From Aulosira sp. ZfuVER01 (GTDB lineage Bacteria > Cyanobacteriota > Cyanobacteriia > Cyanobacteriales > Nostocaceae), in NCBI GenBank assembly GCA_034530615.2, contig JAVRCV020000041.1:96001-160000 (forward strand): a DNA stretch of 64,000 bases. The letters are read 5' to 3'. The notes below the pieces were generated by a model, which did no database searches, was not told the DNA's origin, and worked only from the letters and a program-made list of their open reading frames with translations. The translations under genes and the position numbers were made by a program. Numbering within the stretch: position 1 is the first letter of the stretch; every line of letters starts with the position of its first letter. Positions 38,623-49,099 of the stretch are shown piece after piece.

Positions 38623-41600
38623 ATGTCTAATTGGTGCAACCTAAAGTTCTGGCGGCATAAATATAAATACCCGTGGCAGTCTCGCCGTGATGTTTCCTTA
38701 TTATTAATCGCTGGCATGATTTTAGTAGTAGGAACAACTGCTGTAGCCAGCTATTGGTTTGTCAGGAACCTGATATTAAAAGGGTTACAGGAAAATGCCC
38801 TGTTGCGCGTACAGCAGGCGGGATATGAAATCGATCAGTGGTTGGCGACGCTGTTAGCACAAGTGGAAGTTGTAGCTAATAATCAAACAGTACGCAGTTT
38901 AAACTGGTCGCAGGCAGAACCTTACTTGCAACTGGAAATTAATCATTTGCCAGATATAAATTCATTTTTGCTGGCTCTACCAAATGGCTCTTACTACACT
39001 ACTAAAGCTGGTTTTGTTAGGGATCGAAATATTAGCGATCGCCGTCATTTTCAGCAAGCAATCACCGGAAATACCCTCGTAGACGATCCTGTAGTTTCTC
39101 GCTCTACAGGTATCCGCCATGTCAACATTGCCGTACCGATTTGGTCAGTGTCGCCTTTACGGCACATTCCACTGGATGCCGAAGCCGCTCAAGTTCGTGC
39201 CCGTAGTTTACAAGCATTAGGTTTTGCTATTACTGCCGATCAAAAGCCCAAACCTATTGGCGAACTCTCCGGTCAAGTAGCTGTAGACCGAATTTCGCAA
39301 GTAATTGCTTCTACCCACTTCAGCCAAGGAAGTTATGCCTTTGCCCTCGATTCCCAAGGATTTCCGATCGCGCATCAGGATACAACTATCGACCAGAAAA
39401 AAAGTTTCTTTAATGCACCAGATCCAGTGTTAGCCAAAATTGCCCAGAACATGGTTAATGGCAAGCACGGAACTCAATTAGTGCGGTTTCAGGGGCAGGA
39501 AAGCTCGGTTTACGTAGCCTATGCTCCTCTCAAGTATGCCAAGTGGTCAGTGGCATTAGTGATTCCCCGTGAGAAGCTAGAAGAAAATCTTTATGCTCTT
39601 AATCTGCTAGCTGTAGTGGTAGGAGGTTTGTTGGTATTAGCTACCATTACAGCTATACGCCAAATCAAAGCTTTTGAGCGCACCCGTGCCCAAGCCGAGC
39701 AGGAGGGGCTGGTGAATCGCATCACAGCTCGCATTCGGGAGTCTTTGGATCTACAAACCACCTTGCAAACTACGGTGAAAGAAGTAGCCAATCTCCTGGA
39801 TCTCAACCGCGTCATGTTCGGTTGGTATCACCCAGAAAATCGCAGTCTAGAAGTCACTTGCGAGCATCGGTTGCCAAATCTGGATGCGATCGCTGGAATT
39901 TTGAACTTGGATGACTTTGGCGACTTGGCCGAACGCTTGGGGCAAAAGCAGATTGTACGTTGCAACGAAGTAAAGGTGAATACTGCCAGTCAGCAAGCGC
40001 AAATCGGTAGTTGTATAGCTTTACCTGTCTTAATTCCTGGCGATCGAGATCCTGGTTATCTGATATGCTCTCGCTCCCATGCTTGGGTGTGGCAAGAATG
40101 GGAAGTTGAACTGTTGGAAGTTGTAGCCGAGCGAGTAGCGATCGCCATCAAACAAGCACAACTTTATACCCAAACCCAAGAACAGTTTGCGATTGTCAGC
40201 AATCAAGCCGAGCAATTAACAGCAACCACCACCCAATTACAAGATACTTTGGGGTACGTCAGCGCCATTATCAAGAGTTTGGGCGATGCTTTGCTAGTCG
40301 TAGATCCTGATGGCAAGATTGCTCAATATAACCCAGCGCTTACCTGCTTTTTAGAGCTAGCAGACGAGAATTTAGTCGGTATGGATGCACAAACGCTATT
40401 TAATGGTGCGATCGCTAAACTCGTAGCCCTAACTAGCAGTAACTGTCAGGAAATGTTCGCTGCTGAGGTAGAACTGGCTCAAGGACGTGTTGGTAAAGCT
40501 GTAGCTACAGCTATGCTGAAAGACTCGCAACATAATGGTGATATTAGCTACATTGGCTCCGTAATTTTAATCCGGGATATTACTTTTGAAAAAGAAGTAG
40601 ATCGCATGAAGACGGACTTTATTTCTACGGTCTCCCATGAATTAAGAACTCCCCTCACCTCTGTGATTGGTTTTGCCAAATTAATTAAGAAAAAACTCGA
40701 CGAAACTTTATTTCCCTTATTATCTACCGATGATAAAAAGATACAGCGTTCTATGCGGCAGGTGTCAGAAAATGTCAGCATCATCATTTCCGAAGGTGAG
40801 CGACTAAAAGCTCTGATTAACGACATCCTCGACTTGGCAAAAATTGAGGCGGGGAAGGTGCAGTGGAATATGCAATCTCTCTGTGTCCCAAAAATGCTAG
40901 AGCAAGCATTTGCTGCTACTACTGCTCTATTTGAACAAAAAAGTCTACAGCTAATCCCAGAGATAGAACCAGAATTACCAGAAATCATTGGCGATCGCGA
41001 ACGTCTGATTCAAGTCATCATTAATCTCATCTCTAATGCAGTCAAATTTACAACCACGGGTTCGATTATTTGTCAAGCCAAAGTAATAGATAAAGAAATA
41101 ATTATTAGTATTATTGATAGCGGTATTGGTATTGCTCAAGAAGACCAAAATAAAGTTTTTGAAAAATTTAAACAAGTAGGTGATACCCTCACTGATAAAC
41201 CTCAAGGGACTGGTTTAGGGCTACCGATTTCTAAAGAAATTATCGAACATCACAATGGGCGTATTTGGGTAGAAAGCGAACTGGGTAAAGGTAGTAATTT
41301 TTCTTTCAGCTTACCTATTCCTCAGGAACCAATCAAGGGTGTCAAAACCATCGATATCGAAAGTTTAATTCAGCAATTAAATTTCCCTAATCCTCTTCCT
41401 CAAAACGTTGCTGAAAATGAGCAGAAAACTATTCTAATCGTAGATGATGAAGCTGCAATGCGAGAATTGGCTAAACAATATCTCAGTTCGGAAGGCTATA
41501 AAATTATCGAAGCAAAAGATGGTTTAGAGGCTATCGAATTAGTCAAACAAGAGCTTCCAGATTTGATATTACTTGATGTGATGATGCCTAGAATGAACGG

Positions 41601-42036
41601 TTTTGACACAGCCGCAGTCCTCAAAAACGATCCGCATACCATGCATATTCCCATTATTATTTTGTCAGTTGTAGAAGACGAAAATCGTGGTTATGCACTT
41701 GGAGTAGATCGATTTTTAAACAAGCCGATTAATGCTGAAGAATTGCTGAAAGAAGTAGCTAATTTGATGTCTTTTGGACGCTCGCAAAAACGTGTGCTAA
41801 TCGTAGATGAAAATGTTCCTACTAGCAAAACTTTAGCTGAGGCATTACGAGCAAAAGGTTTCGGCATTGTAGAAGCGTTCAACTATCAAGATTCTATTGA
41901 AAAAGCTATGTCTGACAGACCCGATTTAATTATTGTAGATTCCTTAGTTTCTTCTCGTCATAGTCTGGTCAGAACCTTACGATTTGAGAAAGGTTTAGAA
42001 AATTTATTTTTTATACTTTTAGAGGAAAAAAAATAA
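38623..42036 (+). CDS. Membrane hybrid histidine kinase (Cache-GAF-PAS-HK-REC-degenerate REC)
   Basis: Two TMs around a Cache-like domain (DRRHFQQA, YAFALD), GAF, PAS, VSHELRTPL, NLISNAVKF, GTGLGL, receiver plus truncated receiver. Confidence 0.92.
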   Translation: MSNWCNLKFWRHKYKYPWQSRRDVSLLLIAGMILVVGTTAVASYWFVRNLILKGLQENALLRVQQAGYEIDQWLATLLAQVEVVANNQTVRSLNWSQAEPYLQLEINHLPDINSFLLALPNGSYYTTKAGFVRDRNISDRRHFQQAITGNTLVDDPVVSRSTGIRHVNIAVPIWSVSPLRHIPLDAEAAQVRARSLQALGFAITADQKPKPIGELSGQVAVDRISQVIASTHFSQGSYAFALDSQGFPIAHQDTTIDQKKSFFNAPDPVLAKIAQNMVNGKHGTQLVRFQGQESSVYVAYAPLKYAKWSVALVIPREKLEENLYALNLLAVVVGGLLVLATITAIRQIKAFERTRAQAEQEGLVNRITARIRESLDLQTTLQTTVKEVANLLDLNRVMFGWYHPENRSLEVTCEHRLPNLDAIAGILNLDDFGDLAERLGQKQIVRCNEVKVNTASQQAQIGSCIALPVLIPGDRDPGYLICSRSHAWVWQEWEVELLEVVAERVAIAIKQAQLYTQTQEQFAIVSNQAEQLTATTTQLQDTLGYVSAIIKSLGDALLVVDPDGKIAQYNPALTCFLELADENLVGMDAQTLFNGAIAKLVALTSSNCQEMFAAEVELAQGRVGKAVATAMLKDSQHNGDISYIGSVILIRDITFEKEVDRMKTDFISTVSHELRTPLTSVIGFAKLIKKKLDETLFPLLSTDDKKIQRSMRQVSENVSIIISEGERLKALINDILDLAKIEAGKVQWNMQSLCVPKMLEQAFAATTALFEQKSLQLIPEIEPELPEIIGDRERLIQVIINLISNAVKFTTTGSIICQAKVIDKEIIISIIDSGIGIAQEDQNKVFEKFKQVGDTLTDKPQGTGLGLPISKEIIEHHNGRIWVESELGKGSNFSFSLPIPQEPIKGVKTIDIESLIQQLNFPNPLPQNVAENEQKTILIVDDEAAMRELAKQYLSSEGYKIIEAKDGLEAIELVKQELPDLILLDVMMPRMNGFDTAAVLKNDPHTMHIPIIILSVVEDENRGYALGVDRFLNKPINAEELLKEVANLMSFGRSQKRVLIVDENVPTSKTLAEALRAKGFGIVEAFNYQDSIEKAMSDRPDLIIVDSLVSSRHSLVRTLRFEKGLENLFFILLEEKK

Positions 42037-42849
42037 ATGAAGACTTTGAATCTGAAAAAGTTACTAGCTCAACCAGAAGTATTGTCAATCATCCAAGAGA
42101 TGTTAAATATTACTGGTAATAATATTGGTATCTATGATAGTCATGAAAAACTTTTATTAGGGAAAGAGCAAGAAAAATTTTCCATATCAGTACCCATTCA
42201 AATAGAAGGTTTAGTAATTGGTTGGATTCGAGGAGATTCTACAGCTACGGCAATTGCATCGCTGCTAAACTATTTAACAAATCGGGAATTAGAACGGAAA
42301 AAGCTCGCTCAAGAAGCACTGGATAAATATCAAGAGATTAATCTCATCTATAGTATTTCGGATAAACTAACTGCTAATTTAAAATTACAAGAAGTTACCC
42401 AAATTCTCATTGAAGAAATCAAAAAGAGAATTGCTGCGACTAGTGGAGCAATTATGCTTCTCGATCCCGATAAGCGACAATTAGAAATTATTTCTGCATT
42501 CGGTCAGCAATATCACCACAAATCAACTGTAATACCAATCACTGGAATTATTGGTCATGTACTCCTTGAAGGTAGAGGCGAAATTGTCAATGATGTCCTT
42601 GCCGATCCGAGATTTGTGCGTGCAACTGACCCGCTTAACTCGCTCATTTGTGTGCCACTTTTGAGTAAAGATAAAGCGATTGGCGTTATTACTATTAGCA
42701 GTGAAGAATCAACTTTTTACAAAGCAGCAGATCTGAAAATTATTAAGGCTTTAGCTACTCAAGTAACATCAGCGATCGCTAATGCTATTCTCCATGAAAA
42801 GATGCTGCGAGAACAGCAGGTTATTAGCAAAATGGAAAGATATTTTTAA
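42037..42849 (+). CDS. GAF domain protein lacking an output domain
   Basis: Colinear with the N-terminal half of the 35843 protein (LKKLLA, DKY.EI.L.Y, G.EIVNDVL.DPR); ends at ERYF. Confidence 0.8.
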   Translation: MKTLNLKKLLAQPEVLSIIQEMLNITGNNIGIYDSHEKLLLGKEQEKFSISVPIQIEGLVIGWIRGDSTATAIASLLNYLTNRELERKKLAQEALDKYQEINLIYSISDKLTANLKLQEVTQILIEEIKKRIAATSGAIMLLDPDKRQLEIISAFGQQYHHKSTVIPITGIIGHVLLEGRGEIVNDVLADPRFVRATDPLNSLICVPLLSKDKAIGVITISSEESTFYKAADLKIIKALATQVTSAIANAILHEKMLREQQVISKMERYF

Positions 42850-42869
42850 ATTTAAATAGGGTTTTGTAG

Positions 42870-43643
42870 ATGAATATTTTTCTTGAACTCCCATTACGCA
42901 CCAAAAAAAATAGACAAGCTGGATTAACAGTTTTAATTGATAATGGTGTACCCACTGGATATTTTGCTGATGTAATTAATAGTCATAGAGACTTTATTGA
43001 TATTGTCAAATTTGGCTGGTGTAGTTCCTTAATTACAAAAGATATTTATCAAAAAATTGAATGTCTGCAATTAAATGGGGTGCAATTTTATTTTGGCGGA
43101 ACTTTCTTTGAAAAATGTCTCATCCAGGGCAAGCTGAATGATTTTTATAATTATCACAAGGCTTTTGGCTGCACTCACATGGAGATTTCTAACGGTACTA
43201 TCAACCTCAGCAACCGCGAAAAAGCTAAATATGTTGCGGAGTTCTCCCTAGAGTTCACAATCTTGAGTGAAGTTGGTTACAAGGATTCAGAAAAATCCCA
43301 AGAATTATCTGCAAATAGTTGGGTGGAATATATTTGGCAAGACTTAGAAGCAGGTGCATCCAAAGTAATTACCGAAGCCAGAGAAAGTGGTAGATCTGGT
43401 ATATGCCAAAAAAATGGAGAATTGCGTTATGCAATTATCTCTGAAATTCTCAACTCGGGAATTAATCCAGACAACTTGATTTTTGAAGCGCCAACGAAGG
43501 ATTTACAAACATACTTTATTACCGAAGTGGGAGCAAATGTCAACTTAGCAAATATCAGCTTTGATGGGGTTCTAAGTTTAGAAAGTCTGAGATTAGGATT
43601 GAGATCGGATACTTTACTTTTGTTTGAAGGAACTTTAGTATGA
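42870..43643 (+). CDS. comA: Phosphosulfolactate synthase (ComA/HSA32 family)
   Basis: R..GLTVLIDNG, DIVKFGW, GGTFFE, EISNG, SEVG.K, VITEARESG, FEAP, NVNLANI, LESLRLGLRSDT. Confidence 0.88.
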   Translation: MNIFLELPLRTKKNRQAGLTVLIDNGVPTGYFADVINSHRDFIDIVKFGWCSSLITKDIYQKIECLQLNGVQFYFGGTFFEKCLIQGKLNDFYNYHKAFGCTHMEISNGTINLSNREKAKYVAEFSLEFTILSEVGYKDSEKSQELSANSWVEYIWQDLEAGASKVITEARESGRSGICQKNGELRYAIISEILNSGINPDNLIFEAPTKDLQTYFITEVGANVNLANISFDGVLSLESLRLGLRSDTLLLFEGTLV

Positions 43644-44041
43644 GAAGTTCAGAAAATGTCTTTCATTTAGCAATTCCCTGTAAAGAACTTGAGGAAACAG
43701 TAGATTTTTATGTAAATAAACTTAATTGTCAGTTGGCTCGTAGATATGCAGATCGCGCCACTTTTAATTTTTTTGGCGATCAGTTAGTTTGTCATCTCGA
43801 TCCCGAAAAGATAGATTTAAATCCCCAAATTTATCCTCGACATTTTGGTATTACTTTTAAACATAAAAGCGATTTTGACTATCTGCTGAGTTTGGTTGAG
43901 CAGCGGCAAATTAAACTCTTCCAAAAACTTATGCTAAGGTTTGCCGGAAAACCAGAAGAACACATGACATTTTTCTTAAAAGACCCTTCTAATAATTTAT
44001 TGGAATTTAAATATTATTTAAATTCAGAGATGATGTATTGA
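43640..44041 (+). CDS. VOC/glyoxalase family protein
   Basis: FHLAIP, FFGDQLVCH, HFG, DPSNNLLEFK; ATGA overlap with comA. Confidence 0.88.
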   Translation: MRSSENVFHLAIPCKELEETVDFYVNKLNCQLARRYADRATFNFFGDQLVCHLDPEKIDLNPQIYPRHFGITFKHKSDFDYLLSLVEQRQIKLFQKLMLRFAGKPEEHMTFFLKDPSNNLLEFKYYLNSEMMY

Positions 44042-44216
44042 CAAAATAAGAGTTTAGATGCCATAGTATTAGCCTAATTTTGTTTTTTGAGAGATAAAAA
44101 TGTCATCAAAATTCTTAGATCTCTTAGCAAGATTGGCAGATTTATCTGTTTTATGCGTTGCCAATAACCGATAAAATAATTGAAATAATATATTTACAAA
44201 AAAATTAGAGGTAATT

Positions 44217-44609
44217 ATGAGTAAAAAAATTTTAATTGTAGATGATGAAGTACATATCCGGTTGTTGTTAGAGCAAACCCTAGAAGAATTAGAAGATGTA
44301 GGAGTAGAGTTGCTAGTTGCTGATAATGGTGAGAGCGGCTTAGAAAAGATTAAATCTGAACAACCGAACCTCGTATTTTTAGATGTAATGATGCCCAAAC
44401 TCAGTGGATTTGATGTGTGTAATGAAGTGAAAAATGTCCTGGGTATGAAAGATATTTACATCATTATGCTGACGGCTAAAGGACAGGAGTTTGACCAACA
44501 AAAAGGTAAAGAAGTAGGTGCAGATCTATACTTAACTAAGCCTTTTGACCCCGATGAAGTGTTAGAAAAGTCGCAAGAAGTTTTAGGGCTTGTAGGGACT
44601 TCCAATTAA
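44217..44609 (+). CDS. Single-domain response regulator
   Basis: ILIVDDE, LDVMMP, LTAKG, KPF. Confidence 0.9.
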   Translation: MSKKILIVDDEVHIRLLLEQTLEELEDVGVELLVADNGESGLEKIKSEQPNLVFLDVMMPKLSGFDVCNEVKNVLGMKDIYIIMLTAKGQEFDQQKGKEVGADLYLTKPFDPDEVLEKSQEVLGLVGTSN

Positions 44610-44771
44610 AAAAATACCCCATCGCACAGAAGAGGGACAAAGAAGACAAGAAAGACAAATTCTTGTCGATCATACAAATTGTATAATTTATTTTTTGAGT
44701 ACTCGTATACGAACTATAGCAAAAGTAAGATAGCTGCGATCAAGTCTATTTTCTTTCTTTTGCCTTTTACC

Positions 44772-44837
44772 TTCGGGTTCGCCACTTGACGGCAGTTGTT
44801 ACAACGGGGGGAACCCGTCCACCGCAGTGGCTCACCT
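44772..44837 (+). repeat. SDR-like hairpin repeat, composite copy
   Basis: TTCGGGTTCGCCACTTGACGGCAGTTGTTACAACGGGGGGAACCCGTCCACCGCAGTGGCTCACCT. Confidence 0.6.
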
Positions 44838-44892
44838 TTTAACTTTTAACTTATTCGGTGATACGATTTGGATCGTATTACTTATTAGCAGT

Positions 44893-45231
44893 ATGACACT
44901 GGCACTTGGCATGATTGAAGTTTATGGCGTTCCCGCAGCAGTCGAAGCCGGAGATGCTATGTGTAAAGCTGCCCGCATCACTCTTGTAGGGTATGAAAAT
45001 ACTGATTTAGGACGGATTACAGTATTAATTCGCGGGGAAGTGGGAGAGGTAAATGTTGCTGTAATCTCAGGATTAGGGGCGGTAGGGCGAGTTAATGGTG
45101 GCGAGGTGCTTTCGCATCATATTATTCCGCGTCCCCATGAAAATTTAGAATATGTGTTACCGATTCATCGCAGTGCCAATGTTGAGCAGTTCAGTGCCGA
45201 TATCCGGTTTCCTCCGCCCCTATCAGCGTAA
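44893..45231 (+). CDS. ccmK: Bacterial microcompartment hexamer protein, satellite CcmK paralog (possibly CcmK6 class)
   Basis: [29 protein letters not shown]...[24 protein letters not shown]. Confidence 0.85.
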   Translation: MTLALGMIEVYGVPAAVEAGDAMCKAARITLVGYENTDLGRITVLIRGEVGEVNVAVISGLGAVGRVNGGEVLSHHIIPRPHENLEYVLPIHRSANVEQFSADIRFPPPLSA

Positions 45232-45240
45232 AAAACTCCT

Positions 45241-46410
45241 ATGAAATCCTTAACATCTCGTATGCAGGCGGTACAGTCGCCAATCATTCCTGTTGTTGGG
45301 GAACTGATTAAAAACTCTCCCGGAACCATTTCTTTAGGACAAGGTGTGGTTTCTTACAATCCTCCACCCCAAGCAACAGAGTTTTTAGCTAAATTCTTGG
45401 CTGAACCGACAAATAATTTATATAAAGCAGTTGAAGGAATTCCGCCATTAGTAGCAGCATTAGCCGCTAAGTTACAAGCTTTCAATGGCATAGAAATTAA
45501 CAAAGAAAACTTTATAGTTGTCACGGCTGGGAGCAACATGGGTTTTATCAACGCCATTCTGGCAATCACTAGCCCAGGTGACGAGATTATTTTGAATAAG
45601 CCTTACTATTTCAACCACGAAATGGCCATTACAATGGCAGGTTGTCATCCGGTATTAGTAGAGACGGATGAAAATTACCAACTGCGTCTAGAAGCGATCA
45701 CCCAAGCAATTACGCCCAAAACACGTGCTATAGTCACAGTTTCCCCCAATAATCCCACAGGGGTGGTGTATTCAGAAACAGCATTGCGGGAAGTTAACCA
45801 ATTATGTTGCGATCGCGGGATTTATCATATTAGCGATGAAGCCTATGAATACTTTACCTATAACGGAGTAAAACACATTTCTCCTGGTGCTTTTGCTGGT
45901 AGTAGCGACTACACCATTTCTCTTTACAGCCTTTCTAAAGCTTATGGTTTTGCTAGTTGGCGTATTGGTTATATGGTAATTCCCCAACACCTGCTGGTTC
46001 CTGTCAAAAAAGTCCAAGATACGATTTTGATTTGTGCCCCAGTAATTTCTCAGTATGCAGCGTTGGGCGCATTACAAGCAAAAGACGAGTATTTAAAAGA
46101 AAATATTGGTGCGATTGCCCAAGTACGACAATTGGTACTGAAATCTCTCAATCGCTTACAAGGCTTATGTACTATTACTCCTGCTGATGGTGCTTTCTAC
46201 TTTTTCTTGAGAGTTCATACTCAAATTAATGCTTTCGAGTTAGTGAAAAGATTAATCCAAGAACATCAAGTAGCCGTTATTCCCGGTACAACCTTTGGCA
46301 TGGAAGACGGATGTTATCTGCGTGTAGCCTACGGTGCGCTGCAACAAGAGACAGCAAAAGAAGGTATAGAAAGATTAGTCCAAGGCTTGCAAACGATATT
46401 GGTTAATTAG
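45241..46410 (+). CDS. PLP-dependent aminotransferase class I/II
   Basis: SPNNPTG, SDEAYE, SLSKAYGFASWRIG. Confidence 0.92.
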   Translation: MKSLTSRMQAVQSPIIPVVGELIKNSPGTISLGQGVVSYNPPPQATEFLAKFLAEPTNNLYKAVEGIPPLVAALAAKLQAFNGIEINKENFIVVTAGSNMGFINAILAITSPGDEIILNKPYYFNHEMAITMAGCHPVLVETDENYQLRLEAITQAITPKTRAIVTVSPNNPTGVVYSETALREVNQLCCDRGIYHISDEAYEYFTYNGVKHISPGAFAGSSDYTISLYSLSKAYGFASWRIGYMVIPQHLLVPVKKVQDTILICAPVISQYAALGALQAKDEYLKENIGAIAQVRQLVLKSLNRLQGLCTITPADGAFYFFLRVHTQINAFELVKRLIQEHQVAVIPGTTFGMEDGCYLRVAYGALQQETAKEGIERLVQGLQTILVN

Positions 46411-46434
46411 GTAAGATAATTCGTAATTGAAGAT

Positions 46435-46872
46435 ATGAAAATTTTTAATCAGCTAATTGAAATCGCAACTAATGAAGGAATTAATATTCATAACATTACC
46501 CCGCAAATTCAAGATTTAATTAATTCCACAGCGATTCAAAATGGACAAGCTTTAGTGTTTTCTCGACACACGACAACTGCTTTGGCTATCAATGAAAATG
46601 AAGAACGCTTATTAGAAGATGTAAAAGTATTTTTACGAAAATTAGCACCGGAATCGGAGCGATACTTACATAACGATCTGCATTTAAGGGTTGTCCCAGA
46701 AGATGAACCGATGAATGCTCACTCTCACTTAATGGCTATGATGCTAACCACTAGCGAAGTTATTCCGATTGTCGATGGCAAATTAGCCTTGGGAACTTGG
46801 CAATCAGTATTGTTTTTTGAGTTAGATGGCCCGCGTAACCGTACAGTGTTTGTACAAATTTCTGGCGAGTAA
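46435..46872 (+). CDS. YjbQ family (secondary thiamine-phosphate synthase-like) protein
   Basis: HTTTALAINE, NAHSHL, LGTWQ..FFELDGPR. Confidence 0.9.
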   Translation: MKIFNQLIEIATNEGINIHNITPQIQDLINSTAIQNGQALVFSRHTTTALAINENEERLLEDVKVFLRKLAPESERYLHNDLHLRVVPEDEPMNAHSHLMAMMLTTSEVIPIVDGKLALGTWQSVLFFELDGPRNRTVFVQISGE

Positions 46873-46972
46873 AGGCTGTAGCGATCGCTTCTGCTGTGTC
46901 GTATTGACTGGTATGCTGTCACGAGAAATGCGATCGCCAGAGTAATTGATTCAGCTAGGATCGCACTGAGAA

Positions 46973-47650
46973 CTAATCCAAACTAAATTCCACAAACTCT
47001 ATTGGCCCAAACAACTGTTTTTTATCGATTGCCGATAAAACTTTATTATTAGTACGGTCAGAATTTAAAGCACGGACAACAAACTGCGCCACATCTGCAC
47101 GATGGATACTACCAACAACCCGCGCATCTTCAGTTAAAACTCCATTGCCAGTTGCAGGTTCCGACTTTAACCCACCAGGACGGATAATTGTATAAATGAG
47201 TCCACTAGTAATCAGATGTTGTTCGGCCTTATCTTTTTCAACCAAAACTTCTTTCAAGGCTTCCAAAGCTTGCGGGGACAAAGCACCAACACTATTGCCA
47301 GTGCCAATGGAAGATACAAGAATAAACTTTTGTACCCCAGCTTTGACTGCTGCATCAATCAGATTTTTATTACCAAGATAATCAGGACGCTCAGTATTAT
47401 TCGGTAAACCACCTATAGTACTGATAACGGTATCGACGGGTTCACCTGTCAGTATTGCACGTTCTACATCATCTACGTTCAAAGCATCTCCAAAAACCAC
47501 CTGAATACCTAATGCTTCTAGTTCAGGAGCAGTAGTTTCCTTTCTCAGCAGTGCTTTAACTTTTAGCTGTTGTGCTGTTAGGTATTTAGCAATTTCCCGC
47601 CCAACACCACGGCTTGCTCCTGCCAGAAAAATGTAAGATGTCTTTGTCAT
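46973..47650 (-). CDS. NAD(P)H-binding atypical SDR / epimerase family protein
   Basis: AGASRGVG, VSSIG, IIRPGGL, IHRADVA. Confidence 0.88.
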   Translation of the reverse strand: MTKTSYIFLAGASRGVGREIAKYLTAQQLKVKALLRKETTAPELEALGIQVVFGDALNVDDVERAILTGEPVDTVISTIGGLPNNTERPDYLGNKNLIDAAVKAGVQKFILVSSIGTGNSVGALSPQALEALKEVLVEKDKAEQHLITSGLIYTIIRPGGLKSEPATGNGVLTEDARVVGSIHRADVAQFVVRALNSDRTNNKVLSAIDKKQLFGPIEFVEFSLD

Positions 47651-48194
47651 AATTGACTGTTATTTCTCTTGAACGACTGAATTGCTGACATTCCAAGGAT
47701 TTTACCAAAGGATGAACAGTATTTAGTAAATACATTAATTGCTGGGGATGGTTGCGAAATACGTACTAGCACTGTTAAAAAATATCTTGTTTACAGGTTG
47801 TGGTACTGAATATTTCCTTACTGATTCAATTTACTACTTAATATAGAAGCCCTTTGATATATATGTAATTGGGTAGAGATTTGAGTATCACATTCATAAA
47901 GAAAAGAACAACTATTTCAGGACTAGATGCAGGTGTAATGTCTGCTAAAAAAGCAATTGTTGCTCTAAGCATAAATACTGTTTCTGTCCCTCAATTTGTC
48001 CTATATTGAAGATACAGCCTACCCATGAACTGCTGATAACAAGGGACACCTTATCTATAGTAATACACTGATTATGTCAAGAAAATATGACATTCAAGTA
48101 TTAATCCTTAAATTGTTAAGTAATTATTATTACATTTTTATATCAGATTCTCTTATAATTAAAAAATTTATCATTAAGTTTTACTTATTATTTT

Positions 48195-48350
48195 TGTAGT
48201 TGTACATACATTATTTATAAGCAAAATTTATCACATTTGCTTGAATGAGACGCATATATACAGCTTTTCAAGGATAAAGCTACGGTGTATCAATTTTGAT
48301 GTAGTAACCGTATTTTTTATTACAAAGTGTTTGAGAACTTTAATTATTCT
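48195..48350 (+). promoter_or_regulatory. Two NtcA-consensus-like sites
   Basis: TGTA-N8-TACA at 48195-48210; GTA-N8-TAC at 48310-48323 followed 21 nt later by TATTCT; AT-rich background lowers significance. Confidence 0.3.
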
Positions 48351-49099
48351 TAGTAATTACAGAGAATTACGGATACTTTTTTTAATAAAAAATTTAACAA
48401 TAATTTTATGAATTAATTTTTGGAACTTTAAATAATGCATATTACATACTGCCAGCAGTGAAATTAAATGCTATTTACGAACTGTGAGCAAGGTAGTATA
48501 AAGTTTAATTTTTCCAAGAAAGTGCCTAATGGCTATTAAGAAATAGATTTGTTCTGTGTGACTGAGATTGCTGTTATAACGGTGCATTTATACCTCACAG
48601 TCATTAAGGAGTAACTAGTTTTCTATGCTGAAAAATTGTCTTGTTTTCTGTTAATACTATATGTTCATGTTCTAGAACAATATGTTTACTTATAGGTGCT
48701 TCACTTCAACTTCTAGAACAAAAGTCAAAATATAGAACTGCTATTTAATTTGAATGCGGCTCTTTTGAAAAGACAATCTTTGCTTTGGTACAAAACCTGA
48801 ATTTAATATTTAACAAGAGAGTGAGGTTTTAAATCACTCAAGAATAGCTTTGTTCAAAATTTAAAAATCTTTATTTTTAGGCTATAGCTTACCATTACGA
48901 AAATAAGCTGATAAGTAAAAGTTCAGTATGGAAAAAGATTGAAAATTGTATTACGTCTTCCTAAAATAACTGCATCTTTTTGATTAATAACATGAGGCTT
49001 AAATAAGCATTTTAATATGCCTATTTGAGTTCAATTATGCTGAAAATGCTAGAGAGTTTAGTTGAATTTAACACTAGTTTGAAGAGAAAAATATAGCTT

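Noticed and set aside
44827..44892. N-terminal extension of CcmK
   Set aside because: The GTG lies in a repeat; the BMC domain begins at ATG 44893
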